From the NCBI GenBank assembly GCA_022072085.1, contig JAJVII010000008.1, forward strand, positions 64,920-128,919: a DNA stretch of 64,000 bases. Direction: 5' to 3'. Source of the stretch: Phycisphaerae bacterium (lineage in GTDB: Bacteria > Planctomycetota > Phycisphaerae > JAJVII01). A program made the position numbers and the translations under genes. This document shows positions 17,166-26,342 of the stretch, one piece after another. A model generated the notes under the pieces. It did no database searches. It was not told the DNA's origin and saw nothing but the letters and a program-made list of their open reading frames with translations. The stretch's first letter is position 1. Each line of letters begins with the position of its first letter.

Positions 17166-20100
17166 TCAAGCGACGGTCGGCGAAACCTGCGCCGTTGCAG
17201 CGTGGTGGAACCGGCCGGTCAGCGCGACGCGCTTGGCCAGATAGAAGATGACCGGATAGACCAGCAATTCCATGATGAAGCTTATGGCCAAGCCGCCGAT
17301 CATCGGGGCGGCCAGGCGGCGCATGGTGTCGGCGCCGGCGCCGCTGGCCCACATCAGCGGAACCAGACCGATAAAGGTGGTGACAACGGTCATCGTCTTG
17401 GGGCGAATGCGCATCACGGCGCCGTCATGGACGGCGTGCCAGAGGTCGTCGGGGTTCCGCATGCGGCCCTCGGCTCGGAACCGCTCAAAGCTGTTGTCCA
17501 GATAGAGCAACATGACCAGGCCGGTCTCGGCGTCCAGCCCGGCCAGGGCGATGATGCCCACCCACACCGCCAGGGACAGGTTGTAGTCCAGGAAGTAGAG
17601 CAACCAAACGGCCCCGACCAGGCTGAACGGGACGGCCAGCAGGACGATGCCGACCCTCAGCCAGCTATGCGTGGCCATATAGAGCAGCAGGATGATCAGC
17701 ACCGCAGCGATGGGCACGACGACCATCAGCCGCTTGCGGGCCGCCTCCATGTACTCATATTGCCCGGACCAGACGACGCTGTAGCCGGGCGGCAGCTTAA
17801 CTCCCGCATCAACAGCCCGCTGGGCGTTGGCCACGTAGGTGCCCACGTCGATGCCGGCGATATCGACGTAGACCCAGCTCGTCAGCCGGGCGTTCTCGCT
17901 CTTGACCATCGGCGGGCCCTTGTGGATATTGAAAGTGGCCAACTGGGCCAGGGGCACTTGAGCGCCATTGGGTGTGGCCACCAGTGTCTGCTTGAGTGAA
18001 TCGATGTTATCGCGCAGCTCATGGGGATAGCGGATGTTGACCGGGTAGCGTTGCAGGCCCTCGACGGTGGAGGTGGCGTTCATGCCGCCCAGGGCGCTCA
18101 TGATTACGTCCTGCACGTCGGCCCGCTTAAGCCCGTAGCGCTGAAGCTGCTCGTCGCTCAGGTCGTCCCGCGGACGAATATCCAGGTAATTCCCGCCGAC
18201 GCTCTTCTCGGGGAAAGCGCTGACGGTATAGGGGCCGGTCCCATCGGAGGTCTTGACCACCTGGGCGATCTGACTGGCCAGTTCCGACAGGGTCTTGAGG
18301 TCCGGGCCCATCACCTTGATGCCCACCGGCGTCTTGATGCCGGTGGAAAGCATGTCGATGCGAGTCTTGATCGGCATGGTCCAGGCATTGGTCAGTCCGG
18401 GAATCTGGACCACCTCGTTGAGCCCCGGCACGTGTCTGCCGTCGGGCCACTCGTAACCGTAGATCAGTTCGTTCACGGTAATCGCCCGGGTATCCGACCA
18501 TATCCTGGCCGGCAGCCAGCGAGCCCAGGCCGGCCAGCCGCTGTAGAAACGGGTCAGCGGTTTCTGCCGCCAGCGGCTCTTGTCGCGGCGGAGGGTGATG
18601 GTGGTCTCCAACATGCTGGGCGGGGCCGGGTCGGTGGCGGTCTCCGCCCGCCCGGCCTTGCCCAGAACCGACTCGACTTCCGGAAACTGCTTGATCAGGT
18701 TGTCGGTTTGCTGGAGCAATTCCCGAGCCTTGTCCATGCTGATGCCTGGGTCGGTGGTGGGCATGTAGAGCAGGTCGCCCTCCTCCAGCGGGGGCATGAA
18801 CTCGCTGCCGAGGCGGCTGAGCGGCCAGAGCGTGATCAGCAGCAGCGTGAAGGCGACGGCCAACGTCAGCCATTTCCGCGACATCACCGCCACAAAGAAT
18901 GGGTGATACAGACGCTGGAGCGCCCAGGAAATCGGATTGGCCCGCTCGTGGATGATCTTCTGCGGCACCAGCAGCATCCCCGCCAGGACGATCCACCCGA
19001 TCGCCAGCCAGTGGCGATACGGGGCCAGGGCGGACAGCGGCAGCAACAGGATGATTGCCGCCGGAATCAGCATCGTCAGCATGGTCACGGCCAGGTTGGT
19101 CTTCCAGCCCCAGCGTTTAGGCAACACGCGGGCCGTTATGAACAGGCTCATCAGCACCGGGATGATCGTCACCGCCAGGAACGCCGAACTGCCCATGGCA
19201 AAGGTCTTCGTGAACGCCAGCGGGCGGAACAGTCGCCCGGACTGCTCGCCCAAGGCGAAGACCGGAAGGAAGCTGACGGTGATGATCAGCAGGCTGAAGA
19301 ACAGGCTCGGGCCGACCTCCGTCGCCGCCCGAGCGATGATGCTGCGTCGGTCCTCCGGCACCCCTGCCAGACCGGCCGCTGCCAGCCGGTGCAGCCGATC
19401 CTCCTCGCGGTCGAGGTGCTTGTGGGAGTTCTCGACCATGACGATCGAGCTGTCCACCATCACGCCGATGGCGATGGCGATGCCGCCCAGGCTCATGATG
19501 TTCGCGTTGATCCCCAGCAGGCGCATCAGCAGGATGCTCGCCAGGACGCCGGTCGGCACCACGAAGACCGCCACCAATTCGCTGCGGGCATGCAGAAGGA
19601 ACAGGATGCACACCAGCGCGACGACGGTAATCTCCTCCATCAGCGTGCCGCTGAGCGTGTGCACCGCCCGGTCGATCAGGTCGCTGCGGTCGTAGCCGAC
19701 CTCGATCGCCACCCCCGGCGGCAGGCCCTTCTCCAGGTCGGCCAGCTTCTGCCGCACGCGATCGATCGTCGTGCGGGCGTTCTGGCCGAAGCGCATGACG
19801 ATGATTCCGCCGACGGTCTCGCCTTCGCCGTTCCAGTCGGCCACGCCGCGTCGTATCTCCGGCCCCGTGCGAACCTCGGCCAAGTCGGCAAGATAGATCG
19901 GGGTCCCGTCCTCCGTTGCGCCCAGAGCGATCTTGCGCAGGTCCGTCAACACCCGCTCGGTGCGAATCCGGTCGACGCTCTTGCCGGCCGCCCGGGCGTC
20001 CGCGATCTCTGCATCGCTCAACGTGCCCAGGTAGCCTAGCCCGCGAACCATGTACTCCGTCTCGCTAATCTCGATCAGCCTGCCGCCCACATCGCTGTTG

Positions 20101-21008
20101 GACCGCTGAAGGGCCATCCGCACCTGCTGGACTGGAATCTTGTACGCCAGCAGTTTGACCGGATCGACGACAACCTGATACTGCTTGACGAAGCCGCCAA
20201 GCGAGGCGACCTCGCTGACCCCATCCACCGCGGTCAGCTCATAGCGAAGATACCAGTCCTGGTGGCCGCGCAAGTCCGCCAGATCTTGATCGCTACGGAC
20301 CAGGTTCCTGCCATCCAAGGGACAGGTGTCGCGGCCCTTGACCAGTTCGATCCTCTCCAGCCGCCCGCGGGCCTCCGCCGGGGCCTTCTCGGGAGTATCG
20401 TAGCGGCGGTTCTCTTTCAGGTCGGCGTAGATGTAACGCGAATCCTGAAAGACGCGGTGGTGGACCAGTCGGGGGCGGACCGCCTCGGGGGCCTCGGCCG
20501 CGTCGGCATACCACTGGTCATGGTCGGGGTCGTGCCATGCGCCGTTGTGGTGATCGGGGCAGTACTTGCCGGTTGTCAGGACATACTCGTAGACCCATCC
20601 GACGCCGGTTGCGTCCGGCCCGAGCTGGGGAGAGACGTTTGATGGCAGCTTTCCGGCCACGAAGCTCAGTTGCTCCAGGACGCGGCTGCGGGCCCAATAC
20701 AGGTCCGTGCCGTCCTCGAAGATGATGTAGACGAAGCTGCTGCCGAACATGCTGTAGCCGCGGACCACCTTGGCGTACGGCACGGCCAGCATGGCGGTCG
20801 TCAGGGGGTAGGTGACCTGGTCTTCAACGATCTGCGGCGCCTGGCCCGGGAACTCCGTGCGGATGACCACCTGCACGTCAGACAGGTCGGGGATCGCGTC
20901 AAGCTTGATGGTGAAGGTCGCCCAGATGCCGCCGGCGATGACGAACAGCGTCAACAGCAGCACCATGGCCCGGTTATTGATACACCACTGGATGAGTTTG
21001 CCGATCAC
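17166..21008 (-). CDS. cusA: CusA/SilA-type heavy-metal RND efflux permease (about 1280 aa, with insertions)
   Basis: LDAIPDLSDVQV, LGPDATGVGWVYEY, GVMVDSSIVMVEN; Met triad equivalents LYMP, PSMLET, RIDMLSTG; GTG start with GGAGG RBS. Confidence 0.95.
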   Translation of the reverse strand: MIGKLIQWCINNRAMVLLLTLFVIAGGIWATFTIKLDAIPDLSDVQVVIRTEFPGQAPQIVEDQVTYPLTTAMLAVPYAKVVRGYSMFGSSFVYIIFEDGTDLYWARSRVLEQLSFVAGKLPSNVSPQLGPDATGVGWVYEYVLTTGKYCPDHHNGAWHDPDHDQWYADAAEAPEAVRPRLVHHRVFQDSRYIYADLKENRRYDTPEKAPAEARGRLERIELVKGRDTCPLDGRNLVRSDQDLADLRGHQDWYLRYELTAVDGVSEVASLGGFVKQYQVVVDPVKLLAYKIPVQQVRMALQRSNSDVGGRLIEISETEYMVRGLGYLGTLSDAEIADARAAGKSVDRIRTERVLTDLRKIALGATEDGTPIYLADLAEVRTGPEIRRGVADWNGEGETVGGIIVMRFGQNARTTIDRVRQKLADLEKGLPPGVAIEVGYDRSDLIDRAVHTLSGTLMEEITVVALVCILFLLHARSELVAVFVVPTGVLASILLMRLLGINANIMSLGGIAIAIGVMVDSSIVMVENSHKHLDREEDRLHRLAAAGLAGVPEDRRSIIARAATEVGPSLFFSLLIITVSFLPVFALGEQSGRLFRPLAFTKTFAMGSSAFLAVTIIPVLMSLFITARVLPKRWGWKTNLAVTMLTMLIPAAIILLLPLSALAPYRHWLAIGWIVLAGMLLVPQKIIHERANPISWALQRLYHPFFVAVMSRKWLTLAVAFTLLLITLWPLSRLGSEFMPPLEEGDLLYMPTTDPGISMDKARELLQQTDNLIKQFPEVESVLGKAGRAETATDPAPPSMLETTITLRRDKSRWRQKPLTRFYSGWPAWARWLPARIWSDTRAITVNELIYGYEWPDGRHVPGLNEVVQIPGLTNAWTMPIKTRIDMLSTGIKTPVGIKVMGPDLKTLSELASQIAQVVKTSDGTGPYTVSAFPEKSVGGNYLDIRPRDDLSDEQLQRYGLKRADVQDVIMSALGGMNATSTVEGLQRYPVNIRYPHELRDNIDSLKQTLVATPNGAQVPLAQLATFNIHKGPPMVKSENARLTSWVYVDIAGIDVGTYVANAQRAVDAGVKLPPGYSVVWSGQYEYMEAARKRLMVVVPIAAVLIILLLYMATHSWLRVGIVLLAVPFSLVGAVWLLYFLDYNLSLAVWVGIIALAGLDAETGLVMLLYLDNSFERFRAEGRMRNPDDLWHAVHDGAVMRIRPKTMTVVTTFIGLVPLMWASGAGADTMRRLAAPMIGGLAISFIMELLVYPVIFYLAKRVALTGRFHHAATAQVSPTVA

Positions 21009-21478
21009 GGCCTGACCTCCGATTGCGGCGTCTGCGGAGAATCCGGCTGGCTGGTCGCCACCGGCCCGAATGTCGTTACGACCGAACCGCATGTCAGCAT
21101 GTCGTGGCCATAATATGGGTTGGCTACTGCCTTGCCCGTCTGGAGCCAGTCGGCCTTGGCCATCGGGCAGTGAACAACATACAGCCGTTGGTCGATGTCA
21201 CCGGGGCCGGTCCAGTCGAGCAGTTCGATGAGCAGAGGCGAAAGCGTCTTCAGGGCTGCGCGTGCCTTGGCCAGGTCGCCTGAGTCGGCGCCGGTCGTGG
21301 CGGTCTTCAGCTTGTCGGCCAACTCTTTCAGTTCGGCCTGATCGGCGGCGTCAGCCAGCGCGGCCGCGTCGGCTCGGATAGCCTTGATCTGCTCGGCGAC
21401 GCCATCCACCTTGTCGTCGGCCAGCCGGCCCGCCATCGCCGGCCGGCAGGCCCGCGAGAACGTGCGATTGGCGGACAT
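21005..21478 (-). CDS. DUF3347-like metal-binding protein, possibly N-terminally deleted
   Basis: HCPMAKADWLQ...ANPYYGHDMLTCG; no hydrophobic signal peptide; strong AAGGAGG RBS. Confidence 0.7.
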   Translation of the reverse strand: MSANRTFSRACRPAMAGRLADDKVDGVAEQIKAIRADAAALADAADQAELKELADKLKTATTGADSGDLAKARAALKTLSPLLIELLDWTGPGDIDQRLYVVHCPMAKADWLQTGKAVANPYYGHDMLTCGSVVTTFGPVATSQPDSPQTPQSEVRP

Positions 21479-23953
21479 TCAATGACCTCCTTGCGGTTGC
21501 GACGCCGGGGCGTTGAGTGCGGCAGGCTCGCGCAGCGTCGCGACGACCGAGCCGCAGGTGAGCATCTCTTGGCCGTAATACGGGTTGGCCACCGACGTGT
21601 CGGTCTGGAGCCAGTCGGCCTTGGTCATCGGGCAGTGGAGCTGGTAGAGGGCCGGGGCGACGGTTGGACTGGGCGGCGCCAGCTTGGCCAACTCGATCAT
21701 CGCCAGCGACAAATCCTTCAGGGCCAACCGCAGGGCGGTGACGTCGGCATACTTCTGCCCGGCCAGCTTGGCAATTCTGACGGCAAGGTCGGTCACCGGC
21801 GCAGGCCCGGCGGCGGCCAGGGCGTCGGCCGACTGTTTGATGCCGGGCAACTCCGCAGCCGTACCCTCGAACTCGTCCCGGGCCAGCATCCGCGTGAGCT
21901 TCAGGTAGTTCGCCATCAGGCGATCCAACCCCCGCTGCCCGGCTGCATTCAGGTGGACTGGCTGCGGCTCGGCCGCCTGAGTGGCGGGCGCTTCTGGCAT
22001 CAGGACGTGCTCGGCCGGCTGCGTCGATGGCGCCGGTTCACCGGATCGGCCGGTGATCGGCAGGGCCTTGCGCTGGTCGAAGCAGTCGATCATGCGGGCG
22101 CCGAAATACGGGTTTCGCACATTGCCGGCCGCCTGCAACCAGAAACCGCCGCCCTGATCCTTCATGAACATGGGGCAGTGCAGTTCCTGGACCTCCTGCT
22201 GAAAGGACGGCGGAACGCCGGTGGCCTTGAGCAGCTTAGCCAAGGCGACGCTCAGGTCGGCCAGCTTCTGTCGCGCCGCAACGATGTCCTTGGCCTCGGC
22301 CAGTTTCCGGGCCATGCCACCGGCCGTTGCCACTTCCTTGTGCTGGTGCCAGAAGTGCGGATGATCGGGGATGTCAGTCAGTACCAGCCGGGCCAGGGCG
22401 TCGGCCAAGTTGCTGGCCGCCGGGCCGATGCCCTCGATCGTGTCGCCGGCCAGTTTGTCTGCGATGGCCAGGTAGGACCGGACGGCGGTGTTAAGGGCGT
22501 CGGAGACGGAGTCGGGCAGGGACTCCAGTTCACTGCGGCCGGCCAGGGCGGCCACCGGCTTCTGGTCGGCGGCCATATCGCCGCGGATCATCTTGGCTAG
22601 GGCCTCGCGGATCTTGGCCTCGCTGTCGATCAGGAATTGCCCGGAGATGACCACCATCTCGCCGGGCTTCAGCCCGTCGAGGATTTCCACCCGGTCGTCG
22701 CCGGCCTGAACGCCCATCATCACGTTGCGCGGCTCGAACTGGCCCTCACCGAGGCTGACGAAGGCCACCTGCCGCTCTCCGGTGTCGATGATTGCCGACC
22801 GAGGGGCCAGCACCCGGTCCTCGGCCAACTGGCTCTGGAGCTGGATGTTGGCAAACATGCCCGGCTTGAGCAGCCCTCCCGGGTTCTGGAACTCCAGTCG
22901 CACCTTCACCTCGCGCGTCTTCTCATTGAGGTACGGATAAATGTAGATCACCCTGCCCGTCCAGCTCTGGCCGGGGATGTAGGCCAGTGTCATCACCGCT
23001 TCCTGGCCCAGGGAGACATAGGGCAACTGGTATTCGTAGAGGGTGGCCATGACCCACACCTTGGACAGGTCCGCAAGGCGGAAAATCTGCATCCCGGCAT
23101 TCACCTTCATCCCCTCGTTGGCGTGCTTCTCGATGACCACGCCTTCGTAGGGGCTGGCGATGACCATGGTCTTGCTGGGCTTGCCGGCCTTGGCCAGGGC
23201 GTCGATCTGCGCCGAAGCGATGTCGAAGTAGAGCAGCCGCGTACGGGCAGCTTGGACCAGATCCTGGGCGCCGCGGGCTGCATCCGGCACGAAGCTGGCT
23301 CCGATCTGCCCGGCGTTCTTGACCGCCAGCAGGTACTCCTCCTGGGCGGCGAACAGGTCCGGAGAGTAGATCTCGAACAGGGGGTCGCCCACCTTTACCG
23401 CCGCACCAAGGTAGTCCACGTCCAGTTTCTCGATCCAGCCGGATATCTTGGTGTTGATGTCTCGAACCCGCGTCTCGTCGTAGTCCACCGTGCCGACCGT
23501 GCGGATGGTGCGCGCCAGCGGCCCGGTGGTCACCGGCTGAATCCGCACGCCGATGTTCTGCACCACCACCGGGTCGATGGTGACTTTGCCGGAGAATTTG
23601 GACGGATCTAGCGGCGTGAGCTTCATGTGGCAGATTGGGCAATCCCCCGGCTTGGGCAAGATCACCCACGGATGCATGCCGCAGGTGTAATAATGCACGC
23701 CGTCCTCGGCCTCGGCCGGGGCCGCCCGACCGGCGATTCGGTTCCACACCTTGTGGGCGCCGGCCGACAGACTGGCATTCCACCGCGCGCCGGCCCACAG
23801 CCCGCCGACAAGGACGATCAACAGCACAATCAGCACCCGCAAGCTGGGCCCGCGGGGGGGCTTGGAACTGGGCGACGGGCTGTGCCCGACCGATTCTGCG
23901 TCGACCGCGGGCTTGGTATCCTTCTCGATATTCGCATCAGATTCATCGGACAT
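21479..23953 (-). CDS. cusB: CusB-type periplasmic adaptor with N-terminal heavy-metal-binding motif and two C-terminal DUF3347-like domains
   Basis: YTCGMHP...PGDCPICHMKL; GWIEKL, YSPDLFAAQEEY, LKPGMF; two HCPM...NPY(F/Y)G..M..C repeats. Confidence 0.92.
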   Translation of the reverse strand: MSDESDANIEKDTKPAVDAESVGHSPSPSSKPPRGPSLRVLIVLLIVLVGGLWAGARWNASLSAGAHKVWNRIAGRAAPAEAEDGVHYYTCGMHPWVILPKPGDCPICHMKLTPLDPSKFSGKVTIDPVVVQNIGVRIQPVTTGPLARTIRTVGTVDYDETRVRDINTKISGWIEKLDVDYLGAAVKVGDPLFEIYSPDLFAAQEEYLLAVKNAGQIGASFVPDAARGAQDLVQAARTRLLYFDIASAQIDALAKAGKPSKTMVIASPYEGVVIEKHANEGMKVNAGMQIFRLADLSKVWVMATLYEYQLPYVSLGQEAVMTLAYIPGQSWTGRVIYIYPYLNEKTREVKVRLEFQNPGGLLKPGMFANIQLQSQLAEDRVLAPRSAIIDTGERQVAFVSLGEGQFEPRNVMMGVQAGDDRVEILDGLKPGEMVVISGQFLIDSEAKIREALAKMIRGDMAADQKPVAALAGRSELESLPDSVSDALNTAVRSYLAIADKLAGDTIEGIGPAASNLADALARLVLTDIPDHPHFWHQHKEVATAGGMARKLAEAKDIVAARQKLADLSVALAKLLKATGVPPSFQQEVQELHCPMFMKDQGGGFWLQAAGNVRNPYFGARMIDCFDQRKALPITGRSGEPAPSTQPAEHVLMPEAPATQAAEPQPVHLNAAGQRGLDRLMANYLKLTRMLARDEFEGTAAELPGIKQSADALAAAGPAPVTDLAVRIAKLAGQKYADVTALRLALKDLSLAMIELAKLAPPSPTVAPALYQLHCPMTKADWLQTDTSVANPYYGQEMLTCGSVVATLREPAALNAPASQPQGGH

Positions 23954-23954
23954 G

Positions 23955-25553
23955 TCAGCGCTCCATCGGCCCGCCGTCGGGAGCGGGCGCGTCGTGGTTC
24001 GGGTCTGAAGCAGCATCAAGGGCTGGCGTCAGACTGGTCGCCGGGGCTGTGGATGCCTCTGTCGTGTCTGGTTTCAATTCACCCCGCGGCGGCGCGGGTG
24101 CAGTCCCATCCGGTTGAGTCGCCGGTGGGGGTGTGGCCGGACCCGGGCCTCGGTGCAGGTCCCGCCCAACCGCCTGCTGGAGTTCGGCGAAGTTCTGTTC
24201 CAGCGTCGACAGGCTTTGCTCGTAGAGGAGCTGGAAGTTCAATAGTTTCCGCCAGTTGTCCACCAGCGTCAGGAAGTCGATTCTTCCGGCCCGGTAGCCG
24301 GTGTCTGAGACCTCCACTGTCTGGCGGGCCTGGGGGATAATCACGTTGCGGAACAGCACCACCAGCCGCTGTTGCGTATCCATCTTCACCCACGCATCCT
24401 GCACGCGGAAGGAGATTCGGTTCTGCTCGTTGCTCAGGTCGGAAGCCGATTCGAAGATGCCTTGCCGGGCTTCCCGCTCTGCCGCCGCCAGCTTCTCAAA
24501 CCAGATTGGCACGTTGACACTGAAGCCAATCCACCACTGATCGTCACCATTGCGGGTCATCTTGGCCAGACCGGCGTCATCCACAAAATTGTAATTGAGG
24601 CTGAGGGTCAGGTCGGGCACCCGCTGCAACCGGGCCAGCCGCAGCCGCTGGCGGTCGCCCTCAATCTTCTCGCGTAACCTCTGCAAGGCTGGGTTGGCCT
24701 CGGCTGCGTCAGCCAGCAACTGATCCAGGCTAAGCGAGATCGAGTTCAGCGAGACCGCCTTGGGCTCGGGCAGGCTCGCAGTGACCGGCTGGTCCAGCAG
24801 GCTGTTCAGCATCGCCACCGCTGTCGTCTGGCGCTGACGCAGCGTGATCAGCTCATTGTCCAGATTGCTCAGTTCGACCGAGGCCCGCAGGACGTCCTGC
24901 TGGCTTGCCGTGCCGGCCTTGTACTTGGCTTCGGCGATCTGCCTGAATTGCGACAGCAGGGCGCGGCTCTGGTTGGTCACCTCGATTGCCCGGACGGCAA
25001 AGTAATACGCCCAGTAGGCCCGCCGCGTGTCGGCCGTCACCGCCAGCCGCATGGCCGCCAACTCCTGCACCGCCATCGCCGCCTCCTGATAAGCGACCTG
25101 GCCGCGAGCGTCGAGCTTGCCCGGCAGAACGAGCTTCTGACTGAGGCTGGTCATCGTCCCCACCTGCCCGGCCGCCGTCTGGGCCATCTCCCCGATCGGC
25201 GCAACCATCAGCATCGGGTCGTCCAGGCTGCGGGCCTGCGGCACGCGCTCCAGCAGTCGGCTCACCTTGTGCTCTGCCGCCCGGATGCCGGGGTTGTACT
25301 TCAACGCCTCGCGGACGTAGTCATCCGCGCCGTCCAGGGGGGCGGTGGGGGCCTCGGGCGAAGCCGGCGCCGGCTGGCTGGCCAGCGTACGGCTGGTGTG
25401 TGTCGCGCCGCCCTCGGTCACCTGCCACGAGGCCGGATCCTGTCGAATCCACTGCGACAGCGGCGTCGCATCGCGCGGGGCCGACTCGCACCCGACGCTC
25501 GCCAGCAGGACGACCACGCCGAGGCCCGCCAGCCAAGCTGTTCTGACTCGCAT
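23955..25553 (-). CDS. TolC/CusC-family outer-membrane factor, lipoprotein
   Basis: Lipobox LASVGC; ALKYNPGI, YKAGTASQQDVL and YRAGRIDFLTL OMF repeats; AAGGAG RBS. Confidence 0.9.
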   Translation of the reverse strand: MRVRTAWLAGLGVVVLLASVGCESAPRDATPLSQWIRQDPASWQVTEGGATHTSRTLASQPAPASPEAPTAPLDGADDYVREALKYNPGIRAAEHKVSRLLERVPQARSLDDPMLMVAPIGEMAQTAAGQVGTMTSLSQKLVLPGKLDARGQVAYQEAAMAVQELAAMRLAVTADTRRAYWAYYFAVRAIEVTNQSRALLSQFRQIAEAKYKAGTASQQDVLRASVELSNLDNELITLRQRQTTAVAMLNSLLDQPVTASLPEPKAVSLNSISLSLDQLLADAAEANPALQRLREKIEGDRQRLRLARLQRVPDLTLSLNYNFVDDAGLAKMTRNGDDQWWIGFSVNVPIWFEKLAAAEREARQGIFESASDLSNEQNRISFRVQDAWVKMDTQQRLVVLFRNVIIPQARQTVEVSDTGYRAGRIDFLTLVDNWRKLLNFQLLYEQSLSTLEQNFAELQQAVGRDLHRGPGPATPPPATQPDGTAPAPPRGELKPDTTEASTAPATSLTPALDAASDPNHDAPAPDGGPMER

Positions 25554-25641
25554 GATTCTCTCCTTGCCGTTCCGTGAAGTGCGAAGCGGTCGCCGGCTGG
25601 TCCCCAGGCTGCGCAAGTCGCCGGCGTCGTGCCTTCCGCTT

Positions 25642-26124
25642 TCAGATAAGCAGGAGGATATGCCAGGAATGGAGGGTTTGACCAGCCGGAAGTTGAAGTG
25701 CCGGACCGGCCCTGGCGGTCGGGAAAAATTCAGGCGCCATCGGACTGCCGATGCCCGCGTCGGCCGCCGCAAGGCCGTGCGGTTGGACGAGCAGCAGAAC
25801 ACGCGTCGGCGCGACCTGATCCGCAACCGCCGGCGTGACGACGCCCTGACGCACCCCGCAACGGCACGGGGCCGCTGGCGGCGGCGCATGGCCATCAGGG
25901 GCGACGTCGGCGACAGGGGCGACGTCGGCGACCCGGCCGGGCTCGGCCGCCGCCGAGGCCTGTCGATGGCAGCATCCCGCGCGGAACGGGCGGGCCGCGA
26001 GCAGGCGCCTCGCCTGTGCAGCCGACTCGTGGCCGACGACAACCCGGCAACGACAGAAGGCGGGCCCCCAGGCCGCCATCAGGGCCGCCATCGTCAATCG
26101 TATTGCACCGTCGCCGTGGATCAT
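25642..26124 (-). CDS. Cys-rich DUF2946-like leader protein upstream of the cus operon
   Basis: Hydrophobic N-terminus ending FCRC, internal CCH and CRC, Pro-rich C-terminus with RAGP and terminal HSWHILLLI; co-oriented 88 nt upstream of the OMF gene. Confidence 0.6.
   Translation of the reverse strand: MIHGDGAIRLTMAALMAAWGPAFCRCRVVVGHESAAQARRLLAARPFRAGCCHRQASAAAEPGRVADVAPVADVAPDGHAPPPAAPCRCGVRQGVVTPAVADQVAPTRVLLLVQPHGLAAADAGIGSPMAPEFFPTARAGPALQLPAGQTLHSWHILLLI
25896..25931. repeat. 18-bp tandem duplication encoding VADVAP x2
   Basis: CAGGGGCGACGTCGGCGA repeated twice, preserving the frame of the leader ORF. Confidence 0.85.
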
Positions 26125-26342
26125 GCCTGCGTCCTGCTCCGGTTGCTACCCAAGGAACGGCCCCCGGGTCCAAAGGGTTCCCGGATAATCCTGATCTGCT
26201 GCGTCTTGCCAGGCCCCGGGGCGGTCGTCCGCTGATTGGCCTCTCCCAATTCGTGCAGGCCGGGCTACAATGCTCGCGTTGCAGCCACGCCGTTGTTCCT
26301 GCGACTCAGACAACGGCCGTGTGGCTGACGGGGTCCGTGGCA

